From contig JAIZWK010000001.1 of the NCBI GenBank assembly GCA_021498095.1, forward strand, positions 660,001 to 692,000: a DNA stretch of 32,000 bases, given 5' to 3'. Each line of letters begins with the position of its first letter. Position 1 is the first letter of the stretch. Origin of the DNA: Candidatus Harpocratesius repetitus (GTDB lineage: Archaea; Asgardarchaeota; Lokiarchaeia; Sigyniarchaeales; Promethearchaeaceae). The notes below the pieces were generated by a model. The model ran no database searches. It was given only the letters and a program-made list of their open reading frames with translations, and was not told the DNA's origin. Both the position numbers and the translations under genes were made by a program. Shown here piece by piece: positions 17,290 through 26,430 of this stretch.

Positions 17290-18246
17290 TTAATCATGAT
17301 TAATTTTTTTTTTAAATTGAATAAATATATCAGGATAATGATATCCACAAATACAACGAGTAGAAAATAGATCAGTATCAATTTGACATTCAGGACAAAA
17401 TTTTTTATTACATCTTTCACAAAATGTTCCAAAACTAAATTTGTTTTTACATCTGGGACAAAAATTAAAATTTTTTTCTGAGGAACTAAAGGATTTTTTA
17501 GGTTTTATCGTTGGTTCTTTTGATTCAATCATTTTTACATTTTTGATAAATTCCTTTTCTGCATTTTCATCTAATTTTCCTTCTTCATTTTGTAAATATA
17601 GAGGAATAGGTGCTTCAAATTTTAAATTTGTTTGATTTACCCAATTTTGTAATTTATTTATTCTTTTTTGGTGTAAAATCTGAAAATCTTGATAAAGTGC
17701 TTCAGAAATAAATTTCTTTGGATGTTTGTCTTTAATTACCGCTTTAAATTTATTAGACTCAATGATTTTCTCCCATTTTTGATCGAAAAATCTATTTGGC
17801 AGAAAAACTATACTGAATAAAATAAATATATAAAGAATTGTAAAAAGAATAAATATTATTGCACTCCATTTTAAAATTATTATGTAATTAAGAAATAGTA
17901 TTGTACTGAAAAAGAAGAGTAAGGGACCTAAGAAAATAAAGGCTCTAGTGATTTTTAGGCTTTTTTGAGCAAAAGGCTTCAAATTTAAGAAACAATATAC
18001 GCAAAGTAAATTAGACCTGCATTCTTTACATGTGGGAAGACCGCAATGAATGCATTTATTTGTAATTTGCATAGGTGAAATTGGATTTCCACAAATTTTG
18101 CAAAAAACTATGTCATCATTTGTTATTTTTGAGTTTAAATTTTCAAGATTTTTTTGTTGAATTTCATTTTCTATCTGAGAATAGATAGATTCCCACATTT
18201 TTTCTTCAGTTTTTTCTTTTAGCAAACTGTTTTTTTTTTCAACCAT
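17290..18246 (-). CDS. Membrane protein with N- and C-terminal Cys-rich zinc-finger clusters
   Basis: CKICG...CIHCG..TCKEC...LCVYC, two TM helices, C-terminal CPRC...FCERC..FCPEC...RCICG. ATG 18246 is preferred over TTG 18261. Confidence 0.85.
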   Translation of the reverse strand: MVEKKNSLLKEKTEEKMWESIYSQIENEIQQKNLENLNSKITNDDIVFCKICGNPISPMQITNKCIHCGLPTCKECRSNLLCVYCFLNLKPFAQKSLKITRAFIFLGPLLFFFSTILFLNYIIILKWSAIIFILFTILYIFILFSIVFLPNRFFDQKWEKIIESNKFKAVIKDKHPKKFISEALYQDFQILHQKRINKLQNWVNQTNLKFEAPIPLYLQNEEGKLDENAEKEFIKNVKMIESKEPTIKPKKSFSSSEKNFNFCPRCKNKFSFGTFCERCNKKFCPECQIDTDLFSTRCICGYHYPDIFIQFKKKINHD

Positions 18247-18565
18247 TTTTGCCCAATTCAAATCTTACGTGATTACTTAAAAAAGTTGCATCCAGAAAAA
18301 CAATAGAAAAAATTTTTTACTTTCACTCACCTCTCTTGATTATTAATGTGTCCTATTTTCACTGATCTGGAATGGTTCTTTTCTAGGACGAAAAAAAATA
18401 ATACGAAATCATTAACAATAATGATTAATGAAATCAAAGTTATAGTTACACCGAGATTAGACCACAGAAATTCAAAAAATAGGATTTTTCTTTTTAATTT
18501 TTTGCAAAAATTCAATAAACTCATAAGGTGGTTCTTTATTTTTGTCGGAAAATAATCTTTTAAAT

Positions 18566-18790
18566 ATGATTTTTTATGGAGATCATTTTATTGAAATCAG
18601 TGGGTATATAGAATCAATCGGAAATAATTTTATTAAAATTCGAATTGAAAATTCTGGAAGATGCATTTTTATCCCTATTTTTTTCCTAAAAAATAATGAG
18701 GCAATAAGAGTAGGTGATTTCAACAAGATTTTTGTACCAGAATGGTTTGTTCGTAAACAAAGAATTAAAAAATTAGGAAAAATTACGTAA
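18566..18790 (+). CDS. Small hypothetical beta-rich protein
   Basis: Alternating beta-like segments ending in IFVPEWFVRKQRI. ATG at 18566 is in frame with the ORF-track TTG. Confidence 0.6.
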   Translation: MIFYGDHFIEISGYIESIGNNFIKIRIENSGRCIFIPIFFLKNNEAIRVGDFNKIFVPEWFVRKQRIKKLGKIT

Positions 18791-19214
18791 AAAGCTTGAA
18801 AATTGCATCTAATTTATCAGAAGTTGCTTGAATAGGATCTTTCTTGAATTGTGGGAAATTATCATTTTCATATCTTGGAACAATATGAAAATGTGCATGG
18901 GGAACAATTTGCCCTGCAACTTCAAAGTTATTTTGGATTAAATTGAAACCTTTTACCTTAAGTTTTTCCATAATAAGCTTAGAAACCTTTTGAATATCCT
19001 CAAAAAAACCACCCATTATATCTTTTGGCATATCTATTAAGTTGTAGAAGTGTTTTTTAGGAATAACAACTGTATGTCCTCTTGTAGCAGGGGCTATATC
19101 CAATATTGCTACAGAAAAATTTGATTCATATATAATTCTTGCAGGAATTTCTTTTTTAACAATTTTACAAAAAATACAATCTGTTTCCATCGATAAATCA
19201 CCACGTATTATCAA
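18783..19214 (-). CDS. hit: HIT family nucleotide hydrolase (Hint-like)
   Basis: DCIFCKI, LDIAP..RGHTVVIPKKH, QNN...AGQIVPHAHFHIVPR (HxHxH triad). Confidence 0.95.
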   Translation of the reverse strand: MIIRGDLSMETDCIFCKIVKKEIPARIIYESNFSVAILDIAPATRGHTVVIPKKHFYNLIDMPKDIMGGFFEDIQKVSKLIMEKLKVKGFNLIQNNFEVAGQIVPHAHFHIVPRYENDNFPQFKKDPIQATSDKLDAIFKLFT

Positions 19215-19300
19215 TTAAATACCGTTTTATTACCTTTTAAATTTTATATTAATCATTCAAGGAGTCATATTATTTGAGTATTTTAATATAAAGGAAATTA

Positions 19301-20095
19301 ATGTTTTTCAATCAAATTGAGACTGTATTAAAAAAGAATTTTCCATTTGATTGGACTTTTAACAATTCTCATGCACATTTCGTATTTGGGCAAAAAAACA
19401 GTAATAAAGTCTATAGCTCTTTGGGAATCTCTCTTTATCCATCAAAAGATATTCTTTTATCCGCGAAAAAGAGAAATATTCACCTTTTAATTACGTATTT
19501 TTCTCCCTTTCTTAATCCAATTCAGAAAATTAGTGATTCTAATATATTACTTGTAAAAATCATGACATTAGCAGATATTTCAGTTTTTGTAATAGGTGAT
19601 CTTATCAATTACATTGAAGGTGGGGTATTAGATTTAATTATTCGAAATGCCTCACTAAATAGGGTAAAGAATATTTATCTTGAAGGATATACTACTACAG
19701 TTCCAATAGGTAGAAAGTGCACTACTCTTCAGGAAAAAACTAACATAAAAATTATCATTCAAAATTTAAAGAAAAATTTTAAAGCTCCAAATATCAGTCT
19801 TTGGGGAGATCCTTTTACAACTGTTAAGAACATTGGTATTTTTGAGCCTAAATCCTTAGAAAAACTTGATATAGATCTTTTATTAATAGAACAATTAGAT
19901 TTAATTATCTCATATGATCTACCATTAAATTTGATTTGGAGATACTTTAATATTGGAATTAATGTGATAAATTTAAATAGTTATTATTGTTTATCAAATG
20001 CACTTCAAAATTTTCAGAAACAGCTTAATTTATTGTTACCTCGCATTAAAATCGAATTTTTATCTCAAAAACTTGAAAATTTAGTAATCGAATAA
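19301..20095 (+). CDS. NIF3/YbgI-fold protein, apparently lacking the metal ligands
   Basis: Length and motif order follow NIF3 (LLIT..P, EGGVLD, PIGRKC, DLIISYD), but the His/Glu ligand positions are substituted. Confidence 0.65.
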   Translation: MFFNQIETVLKKNFPFDWTFNNSHAHFVFGQKNSNKVYSSLGISLYPSKDILLSAKKRNIHLLITYFSPFLNPIQKISDSNILLVKIMTLADISVFVIGDLINYIEGGVLDLIIRNASLNRVKNIYLEGYTTTVPIGRKCTTLQEKTNIKIIIQNLKKNFKAPNISLWGDPFTTVKNIGIFEPKSLEKLDIDLLLIEQLDLIISYDLPLNLIWRYFNIGINVINLNSYYCLSNALQNFQKQLNLLLPRIKIEFLSQKLENLVIE

Positions 20096-20134
20096 TAATT
20101 TCTTTCTTTATATCTCAAATATATTAAATTTATT

Positions 20135-21031
20135 ATGGAAGAAAAATCTGAAGTTTTAATGCGAGAATTAATATTTAATCATGGTTTTGTGGAGTTAGTT
20201 GATGTATTAGGTTCAGATCAATCAATCGTAAATGCTGCACGTACATCTTATGACAAAGGAACAAAAAAAGTATCTTCAACCAGACAATTAATGAGATATT
20301 TACTTCGTCACAACCATTCTGGTCCATTTGAGTTTGGTGTTTGTGTATTTCGTATTCGTTGTCCACTTTTTGTAGCGCGCCAATGGTTTCGTCATAGAAC
20401 TGCATCGTATAATGAAATTAGTCTGCGCTATTCCGAAGCTCAAGAAGAATTCTATATTCCACATCATGAATGGATTACCACCCAAGATAGAAGAAATCGC
20501 CAAGCTAGGACCCAAAATGAAATTGATAATGCTCAAAGAATTCAAAAAATGCTACAAGATGATGCAAATCTTTTACTGGAACACTATAATTATTATTTAG
20601 ATACGGGTGTTGCTCGCGAGATCGCACGAATTAATTTACCTTTATCATTATACACTACTTTTGCTTTTAAAATGGATATAAGGAATCTTTTACATTTTCT
20701 TACATTGCGAACAGATCCACACGCACAATTTGAGATTCGGCAATATGCCTTGATAATGGAGAAGATGGTCGAGAAATATTTTCCTTTAGTAATCGAAGCG
20801 TGGCGTGACTATCAAAAAAATGCTCTAAATTTTTCAAAACCTGAATTAATTATCTTAAAAGAAATTTTGCAAGAAAATTTAGATATTAAAAAGAAGGTTC
20901 ATGATTATATAGAAAAAAATCAAAATTCTATCCGACTTGCAAAATTAGAACAGGTAGAATTTATGGATAAGATTCGATTACTCTTGGATGAAGAATTAGA
21001 TTTAAACTATTTAGGAAAAGGAAATCAATAA
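20135..21031 (+). CDS. thyX: FAD-dependent thymidylate synthase
   Basis: IVNAARTSY, RHNHSGPFEF, RQWFRHRTASYNEISLRY (RHR-x7-S-x-R), EIARINLP, RNLLHFLTLR, AQFEIR. Confidence 0.97.
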   Translation: MEEKSEVLMRELIFNHGFVELVDVLGSDQSIVNAARTSYDKGTKKVSSTRQLMRYLLRHNHSGPFEFGVCVFRIRCPLFVARQWFRHRTASYNEISLRYSEAQEEFYIPHHEWITTQDRRNRQARTQNEIDNAQRIQKMLQDDANLLLEHYNYYLDTGVAREIARINLPLSLYTTFAFKMDIRNLLHFLTLRTDPHAQFEIRQYALIMEKMVEKYFPLVIEAWRDYQKNALNFSKPELIILKEILQENLDIKKKVHDYIEKNQNSIRLAKLEQVEFMDKIRLLLDEELDLNYLGKGNQ

Positions 21032-21056
21032 ATTTTAACGATTTTTTATTTAACTA

Positions 21057-21434
21057 ATGCAAGAAAAACGGACTAAAGATTTTGCTCAAATTTCTGAGGA
21101 TAAATTAACAATAGAATATGATCTCAATGATTTTAATGAATCATTGCCAAATTTAGCTAAGGAATTGTACGAAAAAAAAGAATCACCTGAGATAATTATT
21201 GAAGGAATTCGCAAAGAAGAAAAACCAAATGATCCAGGAGTAATTGATTTTATCCAACGCTGTAAAACCTCAGAAGAAGCCTTTGAAATAATCAATTTTC
21301 TAGAAAAACAAGGAGAAATTGATCCTAAAGAAGCAAATAATCTAATCTCTCAGATAAAAGAAAATGGAATTCGTTCTTTTGGACCTTTAAAGACATATGG
21401 TCATTATGAAAGGAATTTCCGTAATTACCACTAG
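21057..21434 (+). CDS. DUF2095-family archaeal protein
   Basis: PGVIDFIQRCKTSEEAFEIINFLEKQGEI...GIRSFG...GHYER matches the recalled family pattern. Confidence 0.8.
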   Translation: MQEKRTKDFAQISEDKLTIEYDLNDFNESLPNLAKELYEKKESPEIIIEGIRKEEKPNDPGVIDFIQRCKTSEEAFEIINFLEKQGEIDPKEANNLISQIKENGIRSFGPLKTYGHYERNFRNYH

Positions 21435-21478
21435 AATAATTTACAAAAAAGAAATCACTATTGATTACATATTACTAA

Positions 21479-21925
21479 TTATTGAATAAAATTGGGGATT
21501 ATCATTGAAATCCGGAATTTTTGAGGATATGCAATAATATATTCTAATAGTCTTTTTATTTCTTCTTCTTCTTCTTTTGAATCTTTTAAGTATGAAATAA
21601 ATTTATCTGGTCCTATGGCTACAAGGAATCCGGATAAATCTTTTTCACGTTTCATCAAAAATCGAAAGGGAATTTCGCTTTCATTTTCTTTAATCATTAA
21701 TAATATCCAGGGATTAAGGGACCAATCTTTTCCATTTGGATCGATTACAGATTCAATTCCTTTACCAATCATATAACGGTTTAATATTTTTGTAATATTT
21801 AGTAATTCAACGTAGAAATTCCGATTGATATTCAGATATCCATCAATAATTTCCTTAATATCGGTTAATTCAACAAGATTCTCTTCATTTTCTTCTAATT
21901 TAAGCGAAATTCTCCATTTTTTCAT
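21479..21925 (-). CDS. Hypothetical protein
   Basis: 148-aa ORF with ATG start filling the gap; no family recognised. Confidence 0.7.
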   Translation of the reverse strand: MKKWRISLKLEENEENLVELTDIKEIIDGYLNINRNFYVELLNITKILNRYMIGKGIESVIDPNGKDWSLNPWILLMIKENESEIPFRFLMKREKDLSGFLVAIGPDKFISYLKDSKEEEEEIKRLLEYIIAYPQKFRISMIIPNFIQ

Positions 21926-21979
21926 ATTTATTGCTCCGAGTAAAATCTATAATATTCTCTCGATATGTATGATATTAGG

Positions 21980-22026
21980 AAAAGAAAGTAAAAAATATTA
22001 TCAAAATACATGATAGTATTTTGATA
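21980..22026 (-). terminator. Hairpin plus U-rich tract directly downstream of the RHH gene
   Basis: Perfect 11-bp inverted repeat TATCAAAATAC-N6-GTATTTTGATA (21999-22026), 4 nt after the stop at 22031, followed on the minus strand by TTTTTTACTTTCTTTT. It could instead be an operator for the next gene. Confidence 0.6.
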
Positions 22027-22030
22027 GATT

Positions 22031-22213
22031 TTAATTTAGCAAATCTGGGACTTCTTTGGATTGATAACGAATAAATCCTCCCAATTCTGTTTTCAGTAAA
22101 TCTCTTACTGCTACCCTAATTGCTTCAGATCGATTCGGATATGCTTCATTCGTTACTAATTTATCAATTCCTGCCAAATAGGCTTCCGGTAAGTGTACTG
22201 TGATTAATCGCAT
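22031..22213 (-). CDS. Ribbon-helix-helix (CopG/Arc/MetJ) transcription regulator, CdrS-like
   Basis: MRLITVHLP beta-ribbon followed by YPNRSEAIRVAVRDLL. Confidence 0.93.
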   Translation of the reverse strand: MRLITVHLPEAYLAGIDKLVTNEAYPNRSEAIRVAVRDLLKTELGGFIRYQSKEVPDLLN

Positions 22214-22416
22214 TTTTAATTACCAACATATAGTTTTAGATAATACCTAAATAAGATTCAAGTAGATTTCCTATTAATTAAATATATGATCTGGATATAT
22301 ATGTTTAAAATAAAGTCTCTAAAAACTGCATCCATCTAATTCTCTGCTAGTTCACAAAAACAAATGCACAACAAAATATTAAAAAAGTGGAAGATTGAAA
22401 TTGAAGTGTGGGCATA

Positions 22417-23241
22417 ATGATGAGAAAACGCAATTCTTTCTTCGTTCTGATAATTTTCTCACTTTTTCTCGGTGCTTTAATTCAAGTCGTCTCAGCTCAA
22501 GATGAAACGTGGAGTCGTCCGGAAGTTACATCGAATCCGGGATTTGAAGCGGTGATCGACGGAGTTAAAGAAGAAAGCTGGGGATCTAAAGTAAATTCAT
22601 CTTCGTATGTCTTAGATGGACTTCAGTTTAAAGTATTCGTACAACATTACAATCAGTATATTTATTTCTTAGTTGAAGCGCGATTTACTACAGAGGTCCA
22701 GAATGAAACAGTGTCATTATTTTTATCTCAATCCAATCAAACAACAACTTTTCTGGATAAAAAACAAATTACTATTTTTAATGCTTCAGAATCTGGGAAT
22801 GAATCGTCAACATATTCTGATTATTACAAGAATTCAGACTCTTATGTTGTAGATCAATTTGATTTAGGATTTAACGGTGCTGCTGGAATAGGAGAGAATG
22901 GGTATCGAATTTTTGAATTTAAAATTTTATTACAACCTGAAGAAAATAGTTCAACTGAAGATGTAACTTTGAATATTTATAAGAATTATGCAATTGAACT
23001 GGGTTATAATAATTCTAATAGTGATGAAATAAAGATTTCTGATCCTTTATTAGTTCAAATAGGACCTAAAAGTTCTGCAAGTACTGAAGGTGAAATTGGA
23101 GAATATAATTTTGATTCAGAATTATTTATCTTAATTGTTTTAATTGTTGTTTCTGTTTTTGTTCTTAGCTACGGAGGATTGTTATTAGCAACTAAGAAAA
23201 AACAAGGAATTCAATATATTGAACAGGAGGAGGAAGTATAA
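22417..23241 (+). CDS. Signal-peptide, C-terminally TM-anchored protein with a DOMON/CBM9-like beta-sandwich
   Basis: Signal peptide ending VSA-Q; AVIDGVKEESW, YIYFLVE, YRIFEFKI; many sequons; C-terminal TM plus KKK. Domain call is tentative. Confidence 0.75.
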   Translation: MMRKRNSFFVLIIFSLFLGALIQVVSAQDETWSRPEVTSNPGFEAVIDGVKEESWGSKVNSSSYVLDGLQFKVFVQHYNQYIYFLVEARFTTEVQNETVSLFLSQSNQTTTFLDKKQITIFNASESGNESSTYSDYYKNSDSYVVDQFDLGFNGAAGIGENGYRIFEFKILLQPEENSSTEDVTLNIYKNYAIELGYNNSNSDEIKISDPLLVQIGPKSSASTEGEIGEYNFDSELFILIVLIVVSVFVLSYGGLLLATKKKQGIQYIEQEEEV

Positions 23242-23243
23242 TA

Positions 23244-23711
23244 ATGTCAAATAACAGTAATTCTGCAGAAATTTCCAAGAAACAGATTCATGAAAATCAG
23301 AGAATGAACCTTAAACTACAAATGTTTAACTCAGCAAAGATTTCATATATTCTTGCTTTGATTTTCTTTATTATTTCCTTTCTTTTTAATGGATTAATTA
23401 TTACTCCATGGAATGATTTAGTGCAAAATGCTGCAAGTTCTGCTGAAGGACCAACTGCATTAGGTGTGATTGATATTGCAATTAAATCTGTTTCTATAAT
23501 TCTTTTCTTTTTATTCGCTTTTATTTCTTGGGGAAATCTCCAAGAATTGCGTGGATATATTATAACTTGGAAAGAAATGGTTGTTTTGATTATACTGACC
23601 CTAATTCAAGCAACAATTAATGGAACAGTTTTCTTGATTTCCACGATTGGTGTTATCATTATATTAGTCTATTTCTATTTCATTCAAGCAAAAATCTCTG
23701 ATGATTACTAA
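23244..23711 (+). CDS. Hypothetical 4-TM membrane protein
   Basis: Four hydrophobic segments; starts 2 nt after the upstream gene. Confidence 0.8.
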   Translation: MSNNSNSAEISKKQIHENQRMNLKLQMFNSAKISYILALIFFIISFLFNGLIITPWNDLVQNAASSAEGPTALGVIDIAIKSVSIILFFLFAFISWGNLQELRGYIITWKEMVVLIILTLIQATINGTVFLISTIGVIIILVYFYFIQAKISDDY

Positions 23712-23738
23712 ATTACAAATAGTAATTACTCAGATTTC

Positions 23739-23912
23739 CTATTTTTTTAAATTTTCCTTATTTTTTATTGCTATAAATGCTTTTTCTTTAATGATTAAAT
23801 CTCGAACCGCATGCCTAATTGTTTCAGATCTATTTGGATAGATTTCTGCTTGAACTAGCTTTTCAATTCCTTCAATATATGCCTCTGGAAGATTTAATGT
23901 AATTAATTTCAT
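23739..23912 (-). CDS. Second ribbon-helix-helix regulator, CdrS-like
   Basis: MKLITLNLPEAYIEGIEKLVQAEIYPNRSETIRHAVRDLI. Start set at ATG 23912; the track's upstream extension is not RHH-like. Confidence 0.92.
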   Translation of the reverse strand: MKLITLNLPEAYIEGIEKLVQAEIYPNRSETIRHAVRDLIIKEKAFIAIKNKENLKK

Positions 23913-24012
23913 TGTTATCAAGAAAGGAGAAAAGGAGCAGCTTTCTATATGAGGGCAACATTTGAAATATATAATGATGATATCTGGATGGTAGGTTGTA
24001 AGGGGATTATAC

Positions 24013-24183
24013 ATGAAATCAAAAAAAAATGAAAATGAAGAAGATATTATTGAAAAAATCGAGAATTTTGAACAAATCGCCGAAAATTTGAAAAATACTA
24101 TGTTTCTTTTATCCAAGACATTAAAATCGTTAGAATCACGTCTAGATACTCTTGAAAAAATTGTAAAAGAATCAGATGATTAA
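24013..24183 (+). CDS. Small (56 aa) coiled-coil protein, not in the ORF track
   Basis: MKSKKNENEEDIIEKIENFEQIAENLKNTMFLLSKTLKSLESRLDTLEKIVKESDD; AGGGGAT upstream; heptad pattern. Confidence 0.7.
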   Translation: MKSKKNENEEDIIEKIENFEQIAENLKNTMFLLSKTLKSLESRLDTLEKIVKESDD

Positions 24184-24213
24184 AAGAAAAAAAAAAGAAG
24201 CAATCATAAATTT

Positions 24214-26358
24214 TTAGTTCTTTTTTACAATTACTGCGTTTCCTGGAGGAATTGTGCGAATTAAATCATTCAATGATGTTAATCGGACCCAAGGTTTGAA
24301 TTTATCGTCAGCTTTTGATACTAATATGGATCGAATCTCTTTTGCTATATCACTAACTTTTTTCCCTCCTTTATCAGGTCTGATTTTAACATATAAAATA
24401 TCTTTATTTTTGAATGCTGATTCAGGTGCTGATACAACTTGAGGAAAATATTGGTTTTCTTCTTTTTCTTCATCATAATTTTCAAATGAGACGTCTTTAT
24501 CCATATTTCGAGACGAATTTTCAATAAGAACTAGTTTTACACCTATTGATATTTCCAAAAAAGGTTTTTCTAAGTAGTTTTTCTTTCCATTAATTACAAA
24601 GGATCCCTTTTTTAAAAATTCTCCTGATTTTGGTGTCTTTGATACTTGTTCAGGAAAAACGTAATAAATATCTGCATTTCCCCATCCTTGTTTCCATGCA
24701 GATGAATAACATGCTGCAAATTGTCCTGCTTCCTTGATTGTAGTTAGTGGAATTTCTCTATTTTCATCGTTTTTGATTAAGCAAACTGCAGCGCCTCTAA
24801 CATCTGTGTGGAAGAATAGATCATTTTTATTCATATGAGAACTGAATAGTTTTTCATTAGAAGAAGCGTCTCGGCCTCCAACAATTAAAAAATTATCTGA
24901 GGATATGAACCATCGGAACTTTTCGTACCATCTTAATTTAGGGCGTTTGATCAACATTGCTTTCTGAGATTCGGTAATTATGCGTTCTTCTTTTTGTTGT
25001 TCTACCTTCTTTTTCGTATTTTCTAAGGCTTTTTTTGCACCAATTATTTTCTTTTTTGCCTTTTTGGCTCTTTGATAAATTTCATCTGCATTTTCAACTG
25101 CATTCTTTTTTAGATCCAATTTAAATTCATGTCCTTCTAAATTAACTAGAAGTTTTACTTCTTTTGGAAAAATCCTCTCATAAATTTGACACTCCGCAAT
25201 TCCCATTTTTTTCCCCTGAATAAGTTTTTCATGGATTAAATCCCATGAATAATCTTCTTCTCTTTTTTTATTCATGATAGTCGAGATTAAGTTATCGATC
25301 TGTGGTAAATATTGGTAAATTAAATGGCCATATTCCAATGATTTCTGGCGTAATTCTGCAGATTCTTCAATTTTTTTCTGTTGTTGCAATAAAATTTTTT
25401 CTGATTTCGATAATTGATTTTTTACTTTTTCAATTTCTCCAGAAAATAAAACATTTGAATCAATTGCAGAGAAAAACAAATCCAAAGCCTCATTAAAGGA
25501 TTCAGTTGGTTGGATTGAAAATTCAGAGAATAATTTCATCTTAAAAGGTTCAAATCTTACAAGAACATCATCATTAGTATTACTCTTTACAACATGAGGT
25601 GTGATTTTGAAATTTTTCAAATTTTCAATAATCTCTCTAATACTTTGATAAATTTCACTTAATGCGGAATCTGATAATTTCGAAATATCTTCCTTTTTAT
25701 CAATATTTGCTCTCAAGCAAATTTCTTCAGCCAAATATCCTCCCATATTGAATGAGCGCGCTAAATTTCGCACAATTTGACCTGATTGTTTTCGAATTAT
25801 TTCTAAAAACTGATTTTCCTCCAAATTTATAACATCAATACCACGTGATTCTGGAAAAGAATATTCCCTTTTTGGGAGAATTTCTCGAATTCGGTATTTT
25901 TTATAATGTTGGGCAATAATTACTTGATTTTCACCATTAACTAAAATAAAATTTCCTCCTCCGAAAAACTCAATTATAAATTTCCAGGCGGCACCTTCTT
26001 TTGAACCCAATTCTATAATTAATATTCGATCTAAATGGTATTGATAGATCCTCGTAATTCGGCGCCCTTTCATAAATTTTCGAAGGGAAAGTATGAATTG
26101 AGAAGGAAATTTTGGTACAGGATAATCGTAATGAGTAATATTAATTCTTTGGGTTGTATCAATAATTATTTTTTGAGGACCTGATTTTGATCGACATTTT
26201 AAAAGCAAAATGCGTCGATCTGTCTCAATTTCGTAGATATTTGAGATAAAACCATCTGATAGAATCTCATTCAATTCATGTGCAAGGATTGTGAGATCAA
26301 TATTACTAATATTCTTTTTAATTATATTTTTGGGAATTTGTTCTCCATTTTGATTCAT
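24214..26358 (-). CDS. rqcH: Ribosome quality-control protein RqcH/Rqc2/NEMF (NFACT family)
   Basis: LRKFMKG, QYHLDRIL, IIEFFGGGNFIL, NADEIYQRAKKAKKK, WYEKFRWFISSD, GGRDASSNE, FFHTDVRGA, VSKTPKSGEFLKKGSF. Confidence 0.96.
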   Translation of the reverse strand: MNQNGEQIPKNIIKKNISNIDLTILAHELNEILSDGFISNIYEIETDRRILLLKCRSKSGPQKIIIDTTQRINITHYDYPVPKFPSQFILSLRKFMKGRRITRIYQYHLDRILIIELGSKEGAAWKFIIEFFGGGNFILVNGENQVIIAQHYKKYRIREILPKREYSFPESRGIDVINLEENQFLEIIRKQSGQIVRNLARSFNMGGYLAEEICLRANIDKKEDISKLSDSALSEIYQSIREIIENLKNFKITPHVVKSNTNDDVLVRFEPFKMKLFSEFSIQPTESFNEALDLFFSAIDSNVLFSGEIEKVKNQLSKSEKILLQQQKKIEESAELRQKSLEYGHLIYQYLPQIDNLISTIMNKKREEDYSWDLIHEKLIQGKKMGIAECQIYERIFPKEVKLLVNLEGHEFKLDLKKNAVENADEIYQRAKKAKKKIIGAKKALENTKKKVEQQKEERIITESQKAMLIKRPKLRWYEKFRWFISSDNFLIVGGRDASSNEKLFSSHMNKNDLFFHTDVRGAAVCLIKNDENREIPLTTIKEAGQFAACYSSAWKQGWGNADIYYVFPEQVSKTPKSGEFLKKGSFVINGKKNYLEKPFLEISIGVKLVLIENSSRNMDKDVSFENYDEEKEENQYFPQVVSAPESAFKNKDILYVKIRPDKGGKKVSDIAKEIRSILVSKADDKFKPWVRLTSLNDLIRTIPPGNAVIVKKN

Positions 26359-26430
26359 TTAACTCAAATAGAATAAATTAAAAATAAAAATAAAAATTAT
26401 TGAAATAAAAAATAGTTGTTAACATTGAAA

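Noticed and set aside
16773-17635. ORFs 16773-17051 (-) and 17441-17635 (+)
   Set aside because: Antisense to the DUF4430 and Zn-finger genes.
18262-18560. Overlapping opposite-strand ORFs 18327-18524 and 18346-18555, and short ATCATT/AATGAT inverted repeats as a possible SECIS or ncRNA
   Set aside because: Neither ORF shows recognisable features. The stems are short and AT-only, no SECIS core was recognisable, and no selenoprotein gene lies upstream.
20800-21031. C-terminal extension of ThyX as a novel domain
   Set aside because: Similar helical tails are, from memory, present in some bacterial ThyX proteins; there is no evidence of novelty.
20175-21295. ORFs 20175-20405, 20300-20545, 20412-20600 and 21086-21295
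   Set aside because: Shadows or alternate frames within thyX and DUF2095.
21825-22013. Plus-strand 62-aa ORF
   Set aside because: Overlaps the minus-strand gene and a terminator-like hairpin; no coding features.
23913-24116. N-terminal extension of the second RHH in the ORF track
   Set aside because: The RHH family begins at MKLITL, and the extension is antisense to the 24013-24183 ORF.
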